A DNA stretch of 64,000 nucleotides from Candidatus Zixiibacteriota bacterium (GTDB lineage Bacteria; RBG-13-66-14; B26-G2; WVWN01): contig JASFLY010000002.1 in assembly GCA_050117845.1 (NCBI GenBank), positions 1 through 64,000 of the forward strand, written 5' to 3'. The notes beneath the pieces are model-generated. The model saw only the letters and a program-made list of their open reading frames with translations, was not told where the DNA came from and did not search any database. A program made the translations under genes and the position numbers. Of the stretch, positions 37,288 to 47,046 are shown in pieces (within the stretch, counting starts at the first letter, position 1; the number at the start of each line of letters is the position of its first letter).

Positions 37288-37315
37288 CCCAAGTTGAACT
37301 CTTAGGCCCCGATAA

Positions 37316-38842
37316 ATGGATATTTACCACGAGATCCCGCCGCGCTTCCAGGTCCGGATAGACCGGGAGGCCTGCCGCCTGTGCGAACGGTGCACCATCA
37401 ACTGCACCTACGACGTGCTCTCCTTCAACGGCGAGCGCATCGTCGCCAAGGCCGAGAACTGCGTCTCCTGCCAGCGCTGCGCCACGATGTGCCCCCAGCG
37501 CGCGATTTCCATAACGCCCGGGCAGATAGGCTTCGCGCCCCACGGCACTTATTCCGAGCGCATCCGGCGCATCCTCTACGAGCAGGCCAGCACCGGCGGC
37601 GTTATGCTCGCCGGCTCGGGGACGGACCTTCCCTACCGCGTCATCTTCGACGACATCCTCCTGGACGCGGCGCAGGTGACCAACCCCTCCATCGACCCCC
37701 TGCGGGAGCCGGTCGAGACGGTCACCTATCTCGGCCGCAAGCCGGACCACATGGTAGCGAGCCAGGACGACGGCCGGCTGACGGTCGACCGCGGCGCCGA
37801 CTACCCCAACGTTCGCCTCTCGACGCCTCTCGCCGTGGGCCACATGTCGCTCGGGTCCATATCCTACAACGCCTGCATCGCCATATTCCGGGCCGCCACG
37901 GAGTTCGGGATAATGGTGGGCACCGGCGAGGGCGGCCTGCACCCCGACTTCTACGAGTACGCCCGGGTCATCAACAGCGAAGTGGCGTCCGGCCGCTTCG
38001 GCATCGAGCCGCGCTACCTCAAGGACGTCGCGGCGCTTGAAATAAAAATAGGCCAGGGGGCCAAACCCGGCCACGGCGGCCACCTCCCCGGCGAGAAGGT
38101 GGATTCGCTCATCTCCGAGACGCGGATGATACCGGTGGGGACGGACGCCCTCTCGCCCTACCCGCACCACGACATCTACAGCATCGAGGACCTGGCCCAG
38201 CTCATCGGCGCCCTGAAAGAGGCCAGCCGCTACCGCATCCCAGTGGGCGTCAAGATAGCGGCGGTGCACAACAGCGCCCCCATCGCCTCCGGCATCGCCC
38301 GGGCGGGCGCGGACTTTATTACGCTCGACGGCCTGCGCGGCGGCACCGGCGCCGCCCCCCGCATCATCCGGGACCACGCCGGCATCCCCATCGAACTGGC
38401 CGTGGCGTCGGTGGATCGGCGCCTGCGCGAGGAGGGCATCCGCCACCGCGTCTCCATCGTCGCAGGCGGCAGCGTCCGGTACGGCGCGGACCTGGTCAAG
38501 ATACTCGCGCTCGGCGCGGACGTGGCCATGATAGGCCAACCGGCGCTCATCGCGATGGGCTGCCGCTCGTGCCAGATGTGCCACCTGGGGAACTGCTCCT
38601 GGGGCATCGCGACCCAACGGAACGACCTCGTGCGGCGCCTCGACGTCGACATCGCCGCCGAGCGCCTGGTAAACCTGTTCCACGCCTGGACGGAAGAGCT
38701 GCGCGAAATACTCGGGGCGCTGGGGATAGACGCCGTGGAGTCTCTCGTGGGAAACCGCGACCGCCTCCGCTACATCGGCCCCAACCCCCGCATTGCGGAA
38801 GTGCTCGGCGTCAAACACGCCGGCGAACCCTGGTCGGATTAA
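37316..38842 (+). CDS. Archaeal-type glutamate synthase FMN-binding subunit with N-terminal 2x[4Fe-4S] domain (GltB2-like)
   Basis: CRLCERC, CVSCQRC; MSLGSIS, TGEGG, VASGRFG, EIKIGQGAKPGHGGHLPGEKV, SPYPHHDIYSIEDL, GGTGA, C..CQMCH.G.C.WGIATQ. Confidence 0.92.
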   Translation: MDIYHEIPPRFQVRIDREACRLCERCTINCTYDVLSFNGERIVAKAENCVSCQRCATMCPQRAISITPGQIGFAPHGTYSERIRRILYEQASTGGVMLAGSGTDLPYRVIFDDILLDAAQVTNPSIDPLREPVETVTYLGRKPDHMVASQDDGRLTVDRGADYPNVRLSTPLAVGHMSLGSISYNACIAIFRAATEFGIMVGTGEGGLHPDFYEYARVINSEVASGRFGIEPRYLKDVAALEIKIGQGAKPGHGGHLPGEKVDSLISETRMIPVGTDALSPYPHHDIYSIEDLAQLIGALKEASRYRIPVGVKIAAVHNSAPIASGIARAGADFITLDGLRGGTGAAPRIIRDHAGIPIELAVASVDRRLREEGIRHRVSIVAGGSVRYGADLVKILALGADVAMIGQPALIAMGCRSCQMCHLGNCSWGIATQRNDLVRRLDVDIAAERLVNLFHAWTEELREILGALGIDAVESLVGNRDRLRYIGPNPRIAEVLGVKHAGEPWSD

Positions 38843-38859
38843 ACCAGAACGGTAAAGCT

Positions 38860-39681
38860 ATGGTCGAAGTAAAGAACGACGTAGAGACGGCGACGCAGGC
38901 GCGCGAGATCTCGGCCCTGGACGGCCGGGGCGAACCCAAGCTGTACAAACCGTTGAACGAGGAAATACACCGGGCCGCGGCCGAAGGTTACGACGTAATC
39001 CGCGTGACCGACGTCCACGGCCAGCGCTTCATCGGCGCGGGCCTGCAGGGCGACATCCGCCTGGAGATTCACGGGACGCCGGGCAACGACCTCGGCGTCT
39101 TCATGGACGGCCCGACGATAGAGGTCTTCGGCTCGGCGGAGGACCAGGCCGGCAACACGATGAACAGCGGCCGCATAATTATCCACGGCAACGCCTGGGA
39201 CGTCACGGGCCTCGCCGCCCGCGGCGGCAGCATCTTCGTCAAGGGCGACGGCGGCTACCGCATCGGCATCCACATGAAGGAGTTTCGCCGGCACAGGCCG
39301 GTGGTCGTCTACGGCGGCCGGGTGCGGGAGTTCTTCGGGGAGTACATGGCCGGCGGCGTGCTCGTGGCCCTGGGCATGGACCTCCACGAGGGTAACGCAC
39401 TCCACAGCGCCGACCGCGAAATAGCCGGCCCCAGCCTGGGAACGGGCATCCACGGCGGCGTCATCTACCTCCGCGGCGACGTGCCCGACTACTACCTGGG
39501 CGTGGGCGCACTCCGCCGCGAGTTCGACGAAGGGGACCGCAAGATCCTCGAGCCGCTCTTGCGCGAGTTCGGCGAACACTTCGACGTATCAGAAGAGGAG
39601 CTGTGGGCGGTGCCGTTCACCAAGATCGTCCCGGCGTCCGGAAGGCCCTTTGCGGCGTATTATTGTGGTAAACTAATATAA
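38860..39681 (+). CDS. Glutamate synthase domain 3 (GXGXG, GltB3-like)
   Basis: GQRFIG, GTPGNDLG.FMDG, GNTMNSG, GYRIGIHMK, FFGEYMAGG, GTGIHGG. Confidence 0.9.
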   Translation: MVEVKNDVETATQAREISALDGRGEPKLYKPLNEEIHRAAAEGYDVIRVTDVHGQRFIGAGLQGDIRLEIHGTPGNDLGVFMDGPTIEVFGSAEDQAGNTMNSGRIIIHGNAWDVTGLAARGGSIFVKGDGGYRIGIHMKEFRRHRPVVVYGGRVREFFGEYMAGGVLVALGMDLHEGNALHSADREIAGPSLGTGIHGGVIYLRGDVPDYYLGVGALRREFDEGDRKILEPLLREFGEHFDVSEEELWAVPFTKIVPASGRPFAAYYCGKLI

Positions 39682-39720
39682 CCCGTGCCAAACATACCGC
39701 GACCAACGCGGGAGGCCACT

Positions 39721-40440
39721 ATGTACCGCTATGTCGTAATAACCATAACCCTTATCGCATTACTCGTCACCTCCGGGTGCTGGTACGGGACCTTCATGGC
39801 CCCCCGGGCCACCGGCACCGGTAAGATCCGCCTCCGCGCCATCGGGAACTTCCCGGCGTACGTCAACTCCCACGACCGGGACAAGGACAACACCGGCCAG
39901 GGCGACGACGAACTCACCCCCGGCTTCGGCGACGGCTACGCCAAGGCGATGATCACGTACGGCGCCGGGCCGCGCTTCGACATCGGCATCCAGGGCCACA
40001 TGTACTCCGCCGGCATCCACGCCAAGTGGTGGGCGGCCATGAGGCCCGAGGGCTCGCACCGGGGGATGGACTTCTCGCCGATCCTCTTTTTGGACTACAT
40101 CTTCGAGACCCAGCGCATCGCCCCCAAGCTCTCGCTGGTGGGCGGCATTCCGGTCAGCCGCATCTCCCAGGCCTACATCGGCTACGAGTTCTTCTACGGC
40201 CCGGACATGACGCTCATCGACGACCTCTACAACGACCGCCTCCCCAAAGAGAAATTCCGCGAACTCGGCGGCGAGCATTACCAGGACAACATCTTCCTCG
40301 GCTTCGACTTCAACTATAAAGATATCGGCCTCACGGCCGAGATAGGTTACCCGCTGAAGCGCAACGATATCGACCGCTCGAGCACTATCTGGTTCGGCAT
40401 CGGCCTGTATTACGGCGCTTTGTTGGAAGGCATGCTGTAA
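39721..40440 (+). CDS. Hypothetical lipoprotein / barrel-like protein
   Basis: GGAGG RBS, lipobox-like VTSGC, amphipathic beta-strand pattern. Confidence 0.6.
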   Translation: MYRYVVITITLIALLVTSGCWYGTFMAPRATGTGKIRLRAIGNFPAYVNSHDRDKDNTGQGDDELTPGFGDGYAKAMITYGAGPRFDIGIQGHMYSAGIHAKWWAAMRPEGSHRGMDFSPILFLDYIFETQRIAPKLSLVGGIPVSRISQAYIGYEFFYGPDMTLIDDLYNDRLPKEKFRELGGEHYQDNIFLGFDFNYKDIGLTAEIGYPLKRNDIDRSSTIWFGIGLYYGALLEGML

Positions 40441-40526
40441 ATACCCGGTACGCCGGACGCCCGCGCGACTATAAGAAATAACCCCGCCTCGTCGGCGGGG
40501 TTTTTTCTGCGATTATCTACGTAAGT

Positions 40527-40781
40527 TTATTTATATACGTCCCCTCGAAACCCGATTGAAAATACGGTAATACTTTCCTCAGTTAAAACGTAAATAACCC
40601 TTATAGGCCCGACCCTCAACCTGAAAGAATTGTCTAATCCCCCACGTAACGGTTTAACATCAAGGATTCCCGTACGCGGATCGTTAGCGAGTTTCTCAAG
40701 CCGCGATTTAACCGCATTACGAAGGTACGAAGGAAGACGATGGTAATTCTTGGCGGCGGTCTTGGTAAAAAGTATTTTCAC
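40527..40781 (-). CDS. Type II toxin, RelE/ParE family
   Basis: DVKPLRG, FRLRVG.IRVIY, IGFRGDVYK. Confidence 0.85.
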   Translation of the reverse strand: MKILFTKTAAKNYHRLPSYLRNAVKSRLEKLANDPRTGILDVKPLRGGLDNSFRLRVGPIRVIYVLTEESITVFSIGFRGDVYK

Positions 40782-40990
40782 TCTTTACCGGCCCCGCCTT
40801 CTACTTCCTCCAACGTGTACGTCTCGCCGCGGCCGACGTCGCCACGACTCCCGGCGAGTTGGCGCTCCTCATCGTCCAATTCGTCGCCCGGCGCGACCTT
40901 ATCCGCAAGGTAAAGTATTTCCAAGATCGCGTCCTCGTCCAAGGTTACGGCCTTTTCGATAAGCCGCCCCAATAATTCCTGTTTAGTCAT
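40778..40990 (-). CDS. Putative antitoxin for the RelE-type toxin
   Basis: Small acidic ORF overlapping the toxin start; DVGRGETYTLEEV C-terminus; the upstream ATG at 41008 lies inside a TGnTATAAT box. Confidence 0.72.
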   Translation of the reverse strand: MTKQELLGRLIEKAVTLDEDAILEILYLADKVAPGDELDDEERQLAGSRGDVGRGETYTLEEVEGGAGKE

Positions 40991-41137
40991 GGCTATCACC
41001 GTATACATTATAGCATTTTTCGTTTATTAGGATACCCGTAAACCGCCCCCCTCCGCCAAAACGAAGCTTGACGCGCGGGCCGCTATCTGTTAAAGGTTAG
41101 ACTCTACCTCGGCCGGCTTTACAGCAATTTCCCTCTT

Positions 41138-42385
41138 ATGAAGCCCAAAGGCCACCACATAATACTCCTCCTTATCATGGTCGGCATGCTCGCCGGCGGC
41201 ATCTGCGGATGGGCGTTCGGCGAGCGGATGCTGGCCGTCAAGTTCCTCGGCGACCTCTTCCTCAACGCGCTGAAGATGATGATCGTGCCGCTCATCGTGG
41301 CCTCGATGATCTCGGGCGTGGCGTCGCTGGGGGACGTGCGCCGGCTGGGCCGGACGGGCCTCGTGACCATCGGCTACTACTTCCTGACCACCGGCGTCGC
41401 CGTCGCCATCGGCATCATCCTGGCGAATTTGATACAACCCGGCGCCGGCGTCACGCCCACCGCGCACGAGCTGCCGTCGATGGTGGGCGAGAAGACATAC
41501 ACCGTCGTCGACGTCATCGTGAACATGATCCCGGAGAACGTCTTCGCCGCCGCGGCCGAGACCAACGTCCTGCCCCTCATCGTCGTGGCGCTCGTCTTCG
41601 GCGGCATCCTGACGACGCTGGGCGAGAAGGGCAAGCCGGTCATCCGCTTCTTCGAGGGCGTCAACGCCGCCGTCCTCAAGCTCGTGTATCTCGTGATGAT
41701 GTTCGCGCCGGTGGGCGTGTTCGCACTGGTGTCGACGAAGCTCGGCGCGGCGGGGGGCGGCGAGGCCTTCTGGGGCGAGTTGTACAAGCTGGGCAAGTAC
41801 GCGTTTACCGTTATCGCGGGCCTGGCGATACACGGCCTGATCGTCCTGCCGCTACTGCTCTTCCTACTGGGCAGGCGCAACCCGTTCAAGTACGCATTCA
41901 ATATGCTCACGGCCTTCGCGACGGCCTTCTCCACCTCCTCCTCCGCAGCCACGCTACCGGTGACGATGCGGCTGGTCGAGACGCGCAACAAGGTCTCGAA
42001 CGAGGCCGCGTCCTTCGTCCTGCCACTGGGCGCCACCGTCAACATGGACGGGACGGCCCTCTACGAGGCGGTGGCGGCCATCTTCATCGCGCAGGCGTAC
42101 GGCATCGACCTGACGGCCGCCCAGCAGGTGGTCATCTTTTTCACGGCGACGCTGGCGGCGGTGGGGGCGGCGGCCATCCCGGAGGCCGGCCTGGTAACGA
42201 TGGTGATGGTCCTCACGGCGGTGGGCCTGCCGGTGGAGGGGATAGGCGCCATCCTGGCCATAGACTGGTTCCTGGACCGCTGCCGCACGACGGTTAACGT
42301 ATGGGGCGACACGGTGGGCGCGGCGGCGGTGGACCGGCTGGAGATAAGCCGCCGGGCCACCCGCGACGAGGTGGAGGAGTATTAG
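41138..42385 (+). CDS. Dicarboxylate/amino acid:cation symporter (GltP/DAACS)
   Basis: AFSTSSSAATLP, LPLGATVNMDGTALYE, DWFLDRCRTTVNVWGD. Confidence 0.92.
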   Translation: MKPKGHHIILLLIMVGMLAGGICGWAFGERMLAVKFLGDLFLNALKMMIVPLIVASMISGVASLGDVRRLGRTGLVTIGYYFLTTGVAVAIGIILANLIQPGAGVTPTAHELPSMVGEKTYTVVDVIVNMIPENVFAAAAETNVLPLIVVALVFGGILTTLGEKGKPVIRFFEGVNAAVLKLVYLVMMFAPVGVFALVSTKLGAAGGGEAFWGELYKLGKYAFTVIAGLAIHGLIVLPLLLFLLGRRNPFKYAFNMLTAFATAFSTSSSAATLPVTMRLVETRNKVSNEAASFVLPLGATVNMDGTALYEAVAAIFIAQAYGIDLTAAQQVVIFFTATLAAVGAAAIPEAGLVTMVMVLTAVGLPVEGIGAILAIDWFLDRCRTTVNVWGDTVGAAAVDRLEISRRATRDEVEEY

Positions 42386-42460
42386 GGGACTTTAGGGATA
42401 TAGTACAATGGGAAACGCGGACCCCGCCCGGAGGCGGGGATTTTTTTATTTCTACACGTC

Positions 42461-44506
42461 TTACTCGGCCCAGGCCTCGCGGGGGTCGAGGGTGAACGTT
42501 ATCCTCTCGCCGTCGCCGCCGACGGCGAACGTAATGGACGTGACGGCCTCGCGTTTCACCGGCCGGGGCAACGCCGCCTCGTAATCCGCCTGGGCGGTTT
42601 CGTGGAAGCCGTAATCCCTCACGTTGGTCGGCGTGATAACGAACTTACCCTCGGCCGTGGTTATCGTCAGCCGCGGGTCCTCGGCCTCGACGTACGCCCA
42701 CATAAAATACGACCGGAACGTGTAGAGCATGCCGTCGATTACGTCCCCGTCGGGAACGTAAAAACAGAATATCTGGTCCTCTTGCGGCTCCCACACGGCG
42801 ACCAGGTATTCCACGGTCATACCCGGCGCATCGGCCGGCAACCAGGCGCCGCCCCAGTCGTCGCCGATGCAGTACCAATCGCCGCATCGGGCCAACAGGC
42901 TATAATGCCGGCCGGGTTCCGTACCGCGGCCCCACTCGTCCCGCACCACCGGATACGAGGCGCCCGGGCCGGTATACAGCGGCTCGTACGGTTCCGCGAA
43001 GGTTACGCGCGCCAGGTCCACCACGTCGCCCCAACCGGCCCGTTTGCCGCCGACGAACTCCCGGCGCACCGGCAGCTGGTCCACCCAGCCCTCCAGGCCG
43101 CCGGCCTGCACCTTTAACCACACGACGTAATCGTCCACGGATATTATCGTATCCAACGTCGTCCAAACCGAAACGCCGCCCACGACCGTTACCCTCGTAT
43201 CTTCCGTGAGTTCGCCGACGACGTCGGCGTCTTCCCGCGGCGCGGCGCGCAACGGTATCCTTCCGTTGTATCCCTTATAGCCGTAATAGTTATCGGGCGT
43301 AAGGACGGGGCGCCACGGCTCGCCGCTTCCCCCGCGCAAACGCGTCGGGTCCCACCGGGCCGCAAGGGCGACGTACGACATATCAATGTCGACCTCGCCC
43401 GGGTCGTCGGCCGATACCCGCCACTCGCCGCCGTTCCACGCCGCGTACTCGACTTGCTTGGCTCCCCAATCGTAGTAGGCGATACGGGGCCGGTCCTCCG
43501 CGTCAAGCGCGACGGCGGTAGACAATTCCCGGGGCCAACGGTCCTCGGGCACGGTAGCGAGGGTCCGGACGTACCAACCCTTCCCCGTCCGGTGGGCGAA
43601 CTTCAATCGGTGCCGGGTATAATAGGCTACGTGGGGTTGCCCCTCGCGGTCCAACGCGAGCGAGCTGCCGTCGCCGGCGAACCTTCCCTCGTCGAAGGTT
43701 TCGACGTCCCAACCGGCGTCCGTCCGGCGGGCGCATTTCAAGGACCTCTTCGGTATCCCGGATTCCTTGCGGGCGCAGTAATAAATTATAAAAGGCGTTC
43801 CGTCGGCGTCCAGGGCCAACGTGTGTTCCGGCCGGACGTCCGGGTCGGCGTCCACCTCCCGCACCTGAAAACCGCTCCCCGACCGCCGGGCGTATTTCAA
43901 CGTCCGTTCGGCCGCGCCCGCCCCGCCCCAGTACGAGATATGGGGACGGCCGTCCCGGTCGACGGCTATAGCGGTCCGGCCTTCCACATACGGCTCGTCG
44001 GCCACGGTTTCGGTTATTAACTTGCCGCCCACCCAACGCACGTACGTCACTTCGTCGTGCGCCTCGTCGAAATATACGACGTGCGGACGGTCCTGGCCGT
44101 CCTGCGTGAACGATACGTTGTCGAACCGTACGCCGGCGTCGAACGTGGTTACTGCCCAATCGCCGCCGGTCCAGCGCACGTATTTAAACGCCCGCTTCGC
44201 ACGGCTGTAACACAAAATACACGGCCGGCCTTTTCGGTCCAGGACCATCCCGGCGATCGACTCTACGTCTCCCACGTCGACGTCGCTGACGTCCCACCGG
44301 CCACCGCTTCGCACGGCGTACTTCAGGCCGTAGCCCTTCCCCGTCGTGACGTACGCAATGTGCGGCTGGCCGCCGTCGTCGACGGCGATCGAGGGCGAAT
44401 CGTCGCCGTTCAATTCGGCCGCGGCCACCGCCTCGACCTCCCATTCCGCCCGGGCCCCGGCGCAGGCCGCGAGCGCGACTCCTATCCCTATTATTATTGT
44501 ACGCAT
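42461..44506 (-). CDS. Secreted protein: beta-propeller + tandem SH3b-like + DPREAW C-terminal module
   Basis: Repeats LALDxDGxPHIxY..LKYA; IPLRAAP...WLKV..GLEGWV and PLYTGPG..YPV...GDWYCI; ends DPREAWAE. Confidence 0.7.
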   Translation of the reverse strand: MRTIIIGIGVALAACAGARAEWEVEAVAAAELNGDDSPSIAVDDGGQPHIAYVTTGKGYGLKYAVRSGGRWDVSDVDVGDVESIAGMVLDRKGRPCILCYSRAKRAFKYVRWTGGDWAVTTFDAGVRFDNVSFTQDGQDRPHVVYFDEAHDEVTYVRWVGGKLITETVADEPYVEGRTAIAVDRDGRPHISYWGGAGAAERTLKYARRSGSGFQVREVDADPDVRPEHTLALDADGTPFIIYYCARKESGIPKRSLKCARRTDAGWDVETFDEGRFAGDGSSLALDREGQPHVAYYTRHRLKFAHRTGKGWYVRTLATVPEDRWPRELSTAVALDAEDRPRIAYYDWGAKQVEYAAWNGGEWRVSADDPGEVDIDMSYVALAARWDPTRLRGGSGEPWRPVLTPDNYYGYKGYNGRIPLRAAPREDADVVGELTEDTRVTVVGGVSVWTTLDTIISVDDYVVWLKVQAGGLEGWVDQLPVRREFVGGKRAGWGDVVDLARVTFAEPYEPLYTGPGASYPVVRDEWGRGTEPGRHYSLLARCGDWYCIGDDWGGAWLPADAPGMTVEYLVAVWEPQEDQIFCFYVPDGDVIDGMLYTFRSYFMWAYVEAEDPRLTITTAEGKFVITPTNVRDYGFHETAQADYEAALPRPVKREAVTSITFAVGGDGERITFTLDPREAWAE

Positions 44507-44529
44507 AATTCCTCCGCTCGCATATCGCA

Positions 44530-45717
44530 TCATTGTCCCTCGCCGTGCTCGGCCCAGGCCTCGCGGGGGTCGAAGGTGGCCTTTACCCTGTGCGGCTCGG
44601 CCCCCACCGTGAAGGTGACGGATTCTATGTCGTCACGCTTGAGGGGCTGGGGCAGGACGGCCTCGAAGTAACGCCGGTTGATAATCGGGTTGTTGAAGAC
44701 CTCCAGGGAGTCGATGGCCAAGTCGTACTCCCGGCCCCCCGCCGATACGGTCATTACCTGGTTTTTGTCGGGAAGAGAGGACACCCGGTTTAAGTCGTGG
44801 AGGTCAAACCAGTAAATAATCCGGTCAACGTCGCCCTCGACGGGGAGGTAGAAATAGGCCTCTTCCTCGCCGCCGTAAGGCCGCCAGGCGTAAGTCAAAT
44901 AGTGGAAGGAAAGGCCGGGGGTGTCGGCCGGGAGCCACCCGTGCGAGATACAAAGCCAATCCCCGAACCTCGCGACCACTTCGTCAACTTCGCCCTCGTC
45001 GGCGTATTCCCTGGCTCGGAAAATTCCCTTTGTACGCGGGAATGTCGCCGCGGGACCCTCGCGCAAGGGTGAGAAGCGTTTATCGAAACGGACCAGCGCC
45101 ACGGGCGGATAATCCGGGTGCAAGTACGGGTAAGGGTCCGAGCCCGAACGTAAACCGTACGGGTCTACGAAGTCCGGCTGTACGCCGCGGAGGGTGGCCC
45201 ACCCCTCCTTTCCCTGCGCCCTTATCTTCAACCACGTGTAATAACCCCAACGGGGGCCGATAGGGTCCTCGTCGGCCGCTAAAACCAGCGTGTAAACGGA
45301 TCGCGCGGCCGTTATCTCCACCTCCGCCGGGTTATCCACCCTACCTATTATCGTTACGTCGCTCCTATCGACCTCCATCTCAAGCGTCCTTCTCATATCG
45401 CCCCACGCCTCCGAGCCTAAATCGTCGGTAAACGGCTCTTTATAAAGCAGGCCGTGGTTATAAAGGACCACGACGGGGCGCCACGGCCCGCCGGGCTCCA
45501 ACAGCGAAAGCCCCGGATGCCATCTCACCACCGCCCCAGACGCGGAGTTGTCCCGGGCCTCGCCCTCTCCGGGCGCGGGTTGGGCCTCCGATTCCTCGAC
45601 GCCGGCAAGGGCCGTTTCCATGGCCATCTCCGTATTCGGTTCGTTCTTGCGGCACGTAGCCACCAGCGCGGCCACGAACGCCGCCGAGAGGATCATCGCT
45701 TTGGCTAACCACCGCAT
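44530..45717 (-). CDS. Putative lipoprotein: SH3b-like + DPREAW module (no propeller)
   Basis: Signal peptide with Cys (VATC); WLKIRAQGKEGW, PLREGP, DPREAWAE; close paralog of 47047-48177. Confidence 0.7.
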   Translation of the reverse strand: MRWLAKAMILSAAFVAALVATCRKNEPNTEMAMETALAGVEESEAQPAPGEGEARDNSASGAVVRWHPGLSLLEPGGPWRPVVVLYNHGLLYKEPFTDDLGSEAWGDMRRTLEMEVDRSDVTIIGRVDNPAEVEITAARSVYTLVLAADEDPIGPRWGYYTWLKIRAQGKEGWATLRGVQPDFVDPYGLRSGSDPYPYLHPDYPPVALVRFDKRFSPLREGPAATFPRTKGIFRAREYADEGEVDEVVARFGDWLCISHGWLPADTPGLSFHYLTYAWRPYGGEEEAYFYLPVEGDVDRIIYWFDLHDLNRVSSLPDKNQVMTVSAGGREYDLAIDSLEVFNNPIINRRYFEAVLPQPLKRDDIESVTFTVGAEPHRVKATFDPREAWAEHGEGQ

Positions 45718-45772
45718 CCAGGCACCTCCTCGCCCAACGGTTAAGCTTTAACGCCCATTACGCGAAGGCCGG

Positions 45773-47020
45773 TTAGGGGGAGGGGGCAGGCCATTCCCCG
45801 CCGACCAGCCGGGCGGTCTTAACGTACGCCGTCGGCCCCGTCTGCTCCAGGTACGCCACGCTCGGCCGGCCCCGCGAGCCGAAGGTTATAGCGATCCTTT
45901 CGTCCGGCGTGACTAGGTCGAATAGGTCCATCTCCTCCACCGTTACCACCGACCACTCCGGGCCGGAGCGCCGAGCCAACTTGAGGCGGTACAGCTCACG
46001 TTCTTCGTCCGACCGGTCCAACTCGTAATAAGCGATATAAGGGACGCCGTCGCCGTCGAGCGCGAGCGAAGAACGCGTACTGAAATCCGCGGTACCGTCG
46101 ACGCGTTCCAACGTCCACGGCGCTCCTTCGCTCTCGGCGTAGTAGACGCCGGGCGACGGCCCTTCGAGAGAGGACCCGCAAGCAAAGGAGACGTGGACTT
46201 TCCCCTGACGCCCTACCTCGAGGGACGCGTATTCGAGGTGGTCTCCGCCGGCGACGACTTCGGTTTTCCATCCTTTGTTGGTCCGTACGCCGTACTTAAA
46301 CACCCCGTCCCATTCGGCCAGCGCGCAATAACAGACGTGGGGCACGTCGCCTTCCGCCATCGCGATTTCCGCCCAGCCGCCCTCGCTATTGGAACACCCG
46401 AATTTATTGGGCCACGAATCGACGGCCTCGAAGGCCCAGCCGGCGCCTTCTCGCCGGACGTACGTAAGTTCGGCTTGCAATCCTCCGCGCCGGCCCGTGG
46501 GGTCCGTCGCCTCCCTGAATAAAATGAGGTGCGGCCGCGACCGGCTGTCCAACGCCAGCGATAAATAAGGCATACCGTCACCGTAGTCGTAAGACTCGCC
46601 GTAGGTTAAAACGTCGACGCGCGTCCACTTATCCCCGTCCCAAAACGCGTATTTTATTTTTTTCCTTCCGAAGTCCGCGAAAGCCACGTGGGGCCGGCCT
46701 TCCCGGTCCGGGACCAATGCGACGGAATCCGGCACGTAAACGATGTCCGGGTCTACGACCTGATGCTCGGTCTCTACCCCCTCCCTTGACCACCGGCCGA
46801 ACTCCAGGCCGCGATCGTGGTAAATGACGCATACGCCGCCTTCGCCGTCCGGGACCGCGGCCAATATCTCCCGGCCCCCGCCGGATTTACCGGCGAAGTG
46901 GTTGGAGCCCACTAAATCCTCGAAGGAAACAATCTCCCACGAGCCGGGGCCGCTTTCGCGGCACGACGCCGCCAGCGCTAGCCCCAGGACTACAAGCAAG
47001 CCGGTTATTACGTTACGCAT
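45773..47020 (-). CDS. Lipoprotein: beta-propeller only
   Basis: LAASC lipobox; WEIVS.EDL start shared with 48204 gene; LALD..RPH repeats. Confidence 0.7.
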   Translation of the reverse strand: MRNVITGLLVVLGLALAASCRESGPGSWEIVSFEDLVGSNHFAGKSGGGREILAAVPDGEGGVCVIYHDRGLEFGRWSREGVETEHQVVDPDIVYVPDSVALVPDREGRPHVAFADFGRKKIKYAFWDGDKWTRVDVLTYGESYDYGDGMPYLSLALDSRSRPHLILFREATDPTGRRGGLQAELTYVRREGAGWAFEAVDSWPNKFGCSNSEGGWAEIAMAEGDVPHVCYCALAEWDGVFKYGVRTNKGWKTEVVAGGDHLEYASLEVGRQGKVHVSFACGSSLEGPSPGVYYAESEGAPWTLERVDGTADFSTRSSLALDGDGVPYIAYYELDRSDEERELYRLKLARRSGPEWSVVTVEEMDLFDLVTPDERIAITFGSRGRPSVAYLEQTGPTAYVKTARLVGGEWPAPSP

Positions 47021-47046
47021 ACCTCGTCCTCCGCTCGCGTTCCGCA

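Noticed and set aside
37280..37300. attC-like site after the low-GC lipoprotein
   Set aside because: TAAC and GTTGAAC are only a few bases apart, far too short for an attC; no integron integrase.
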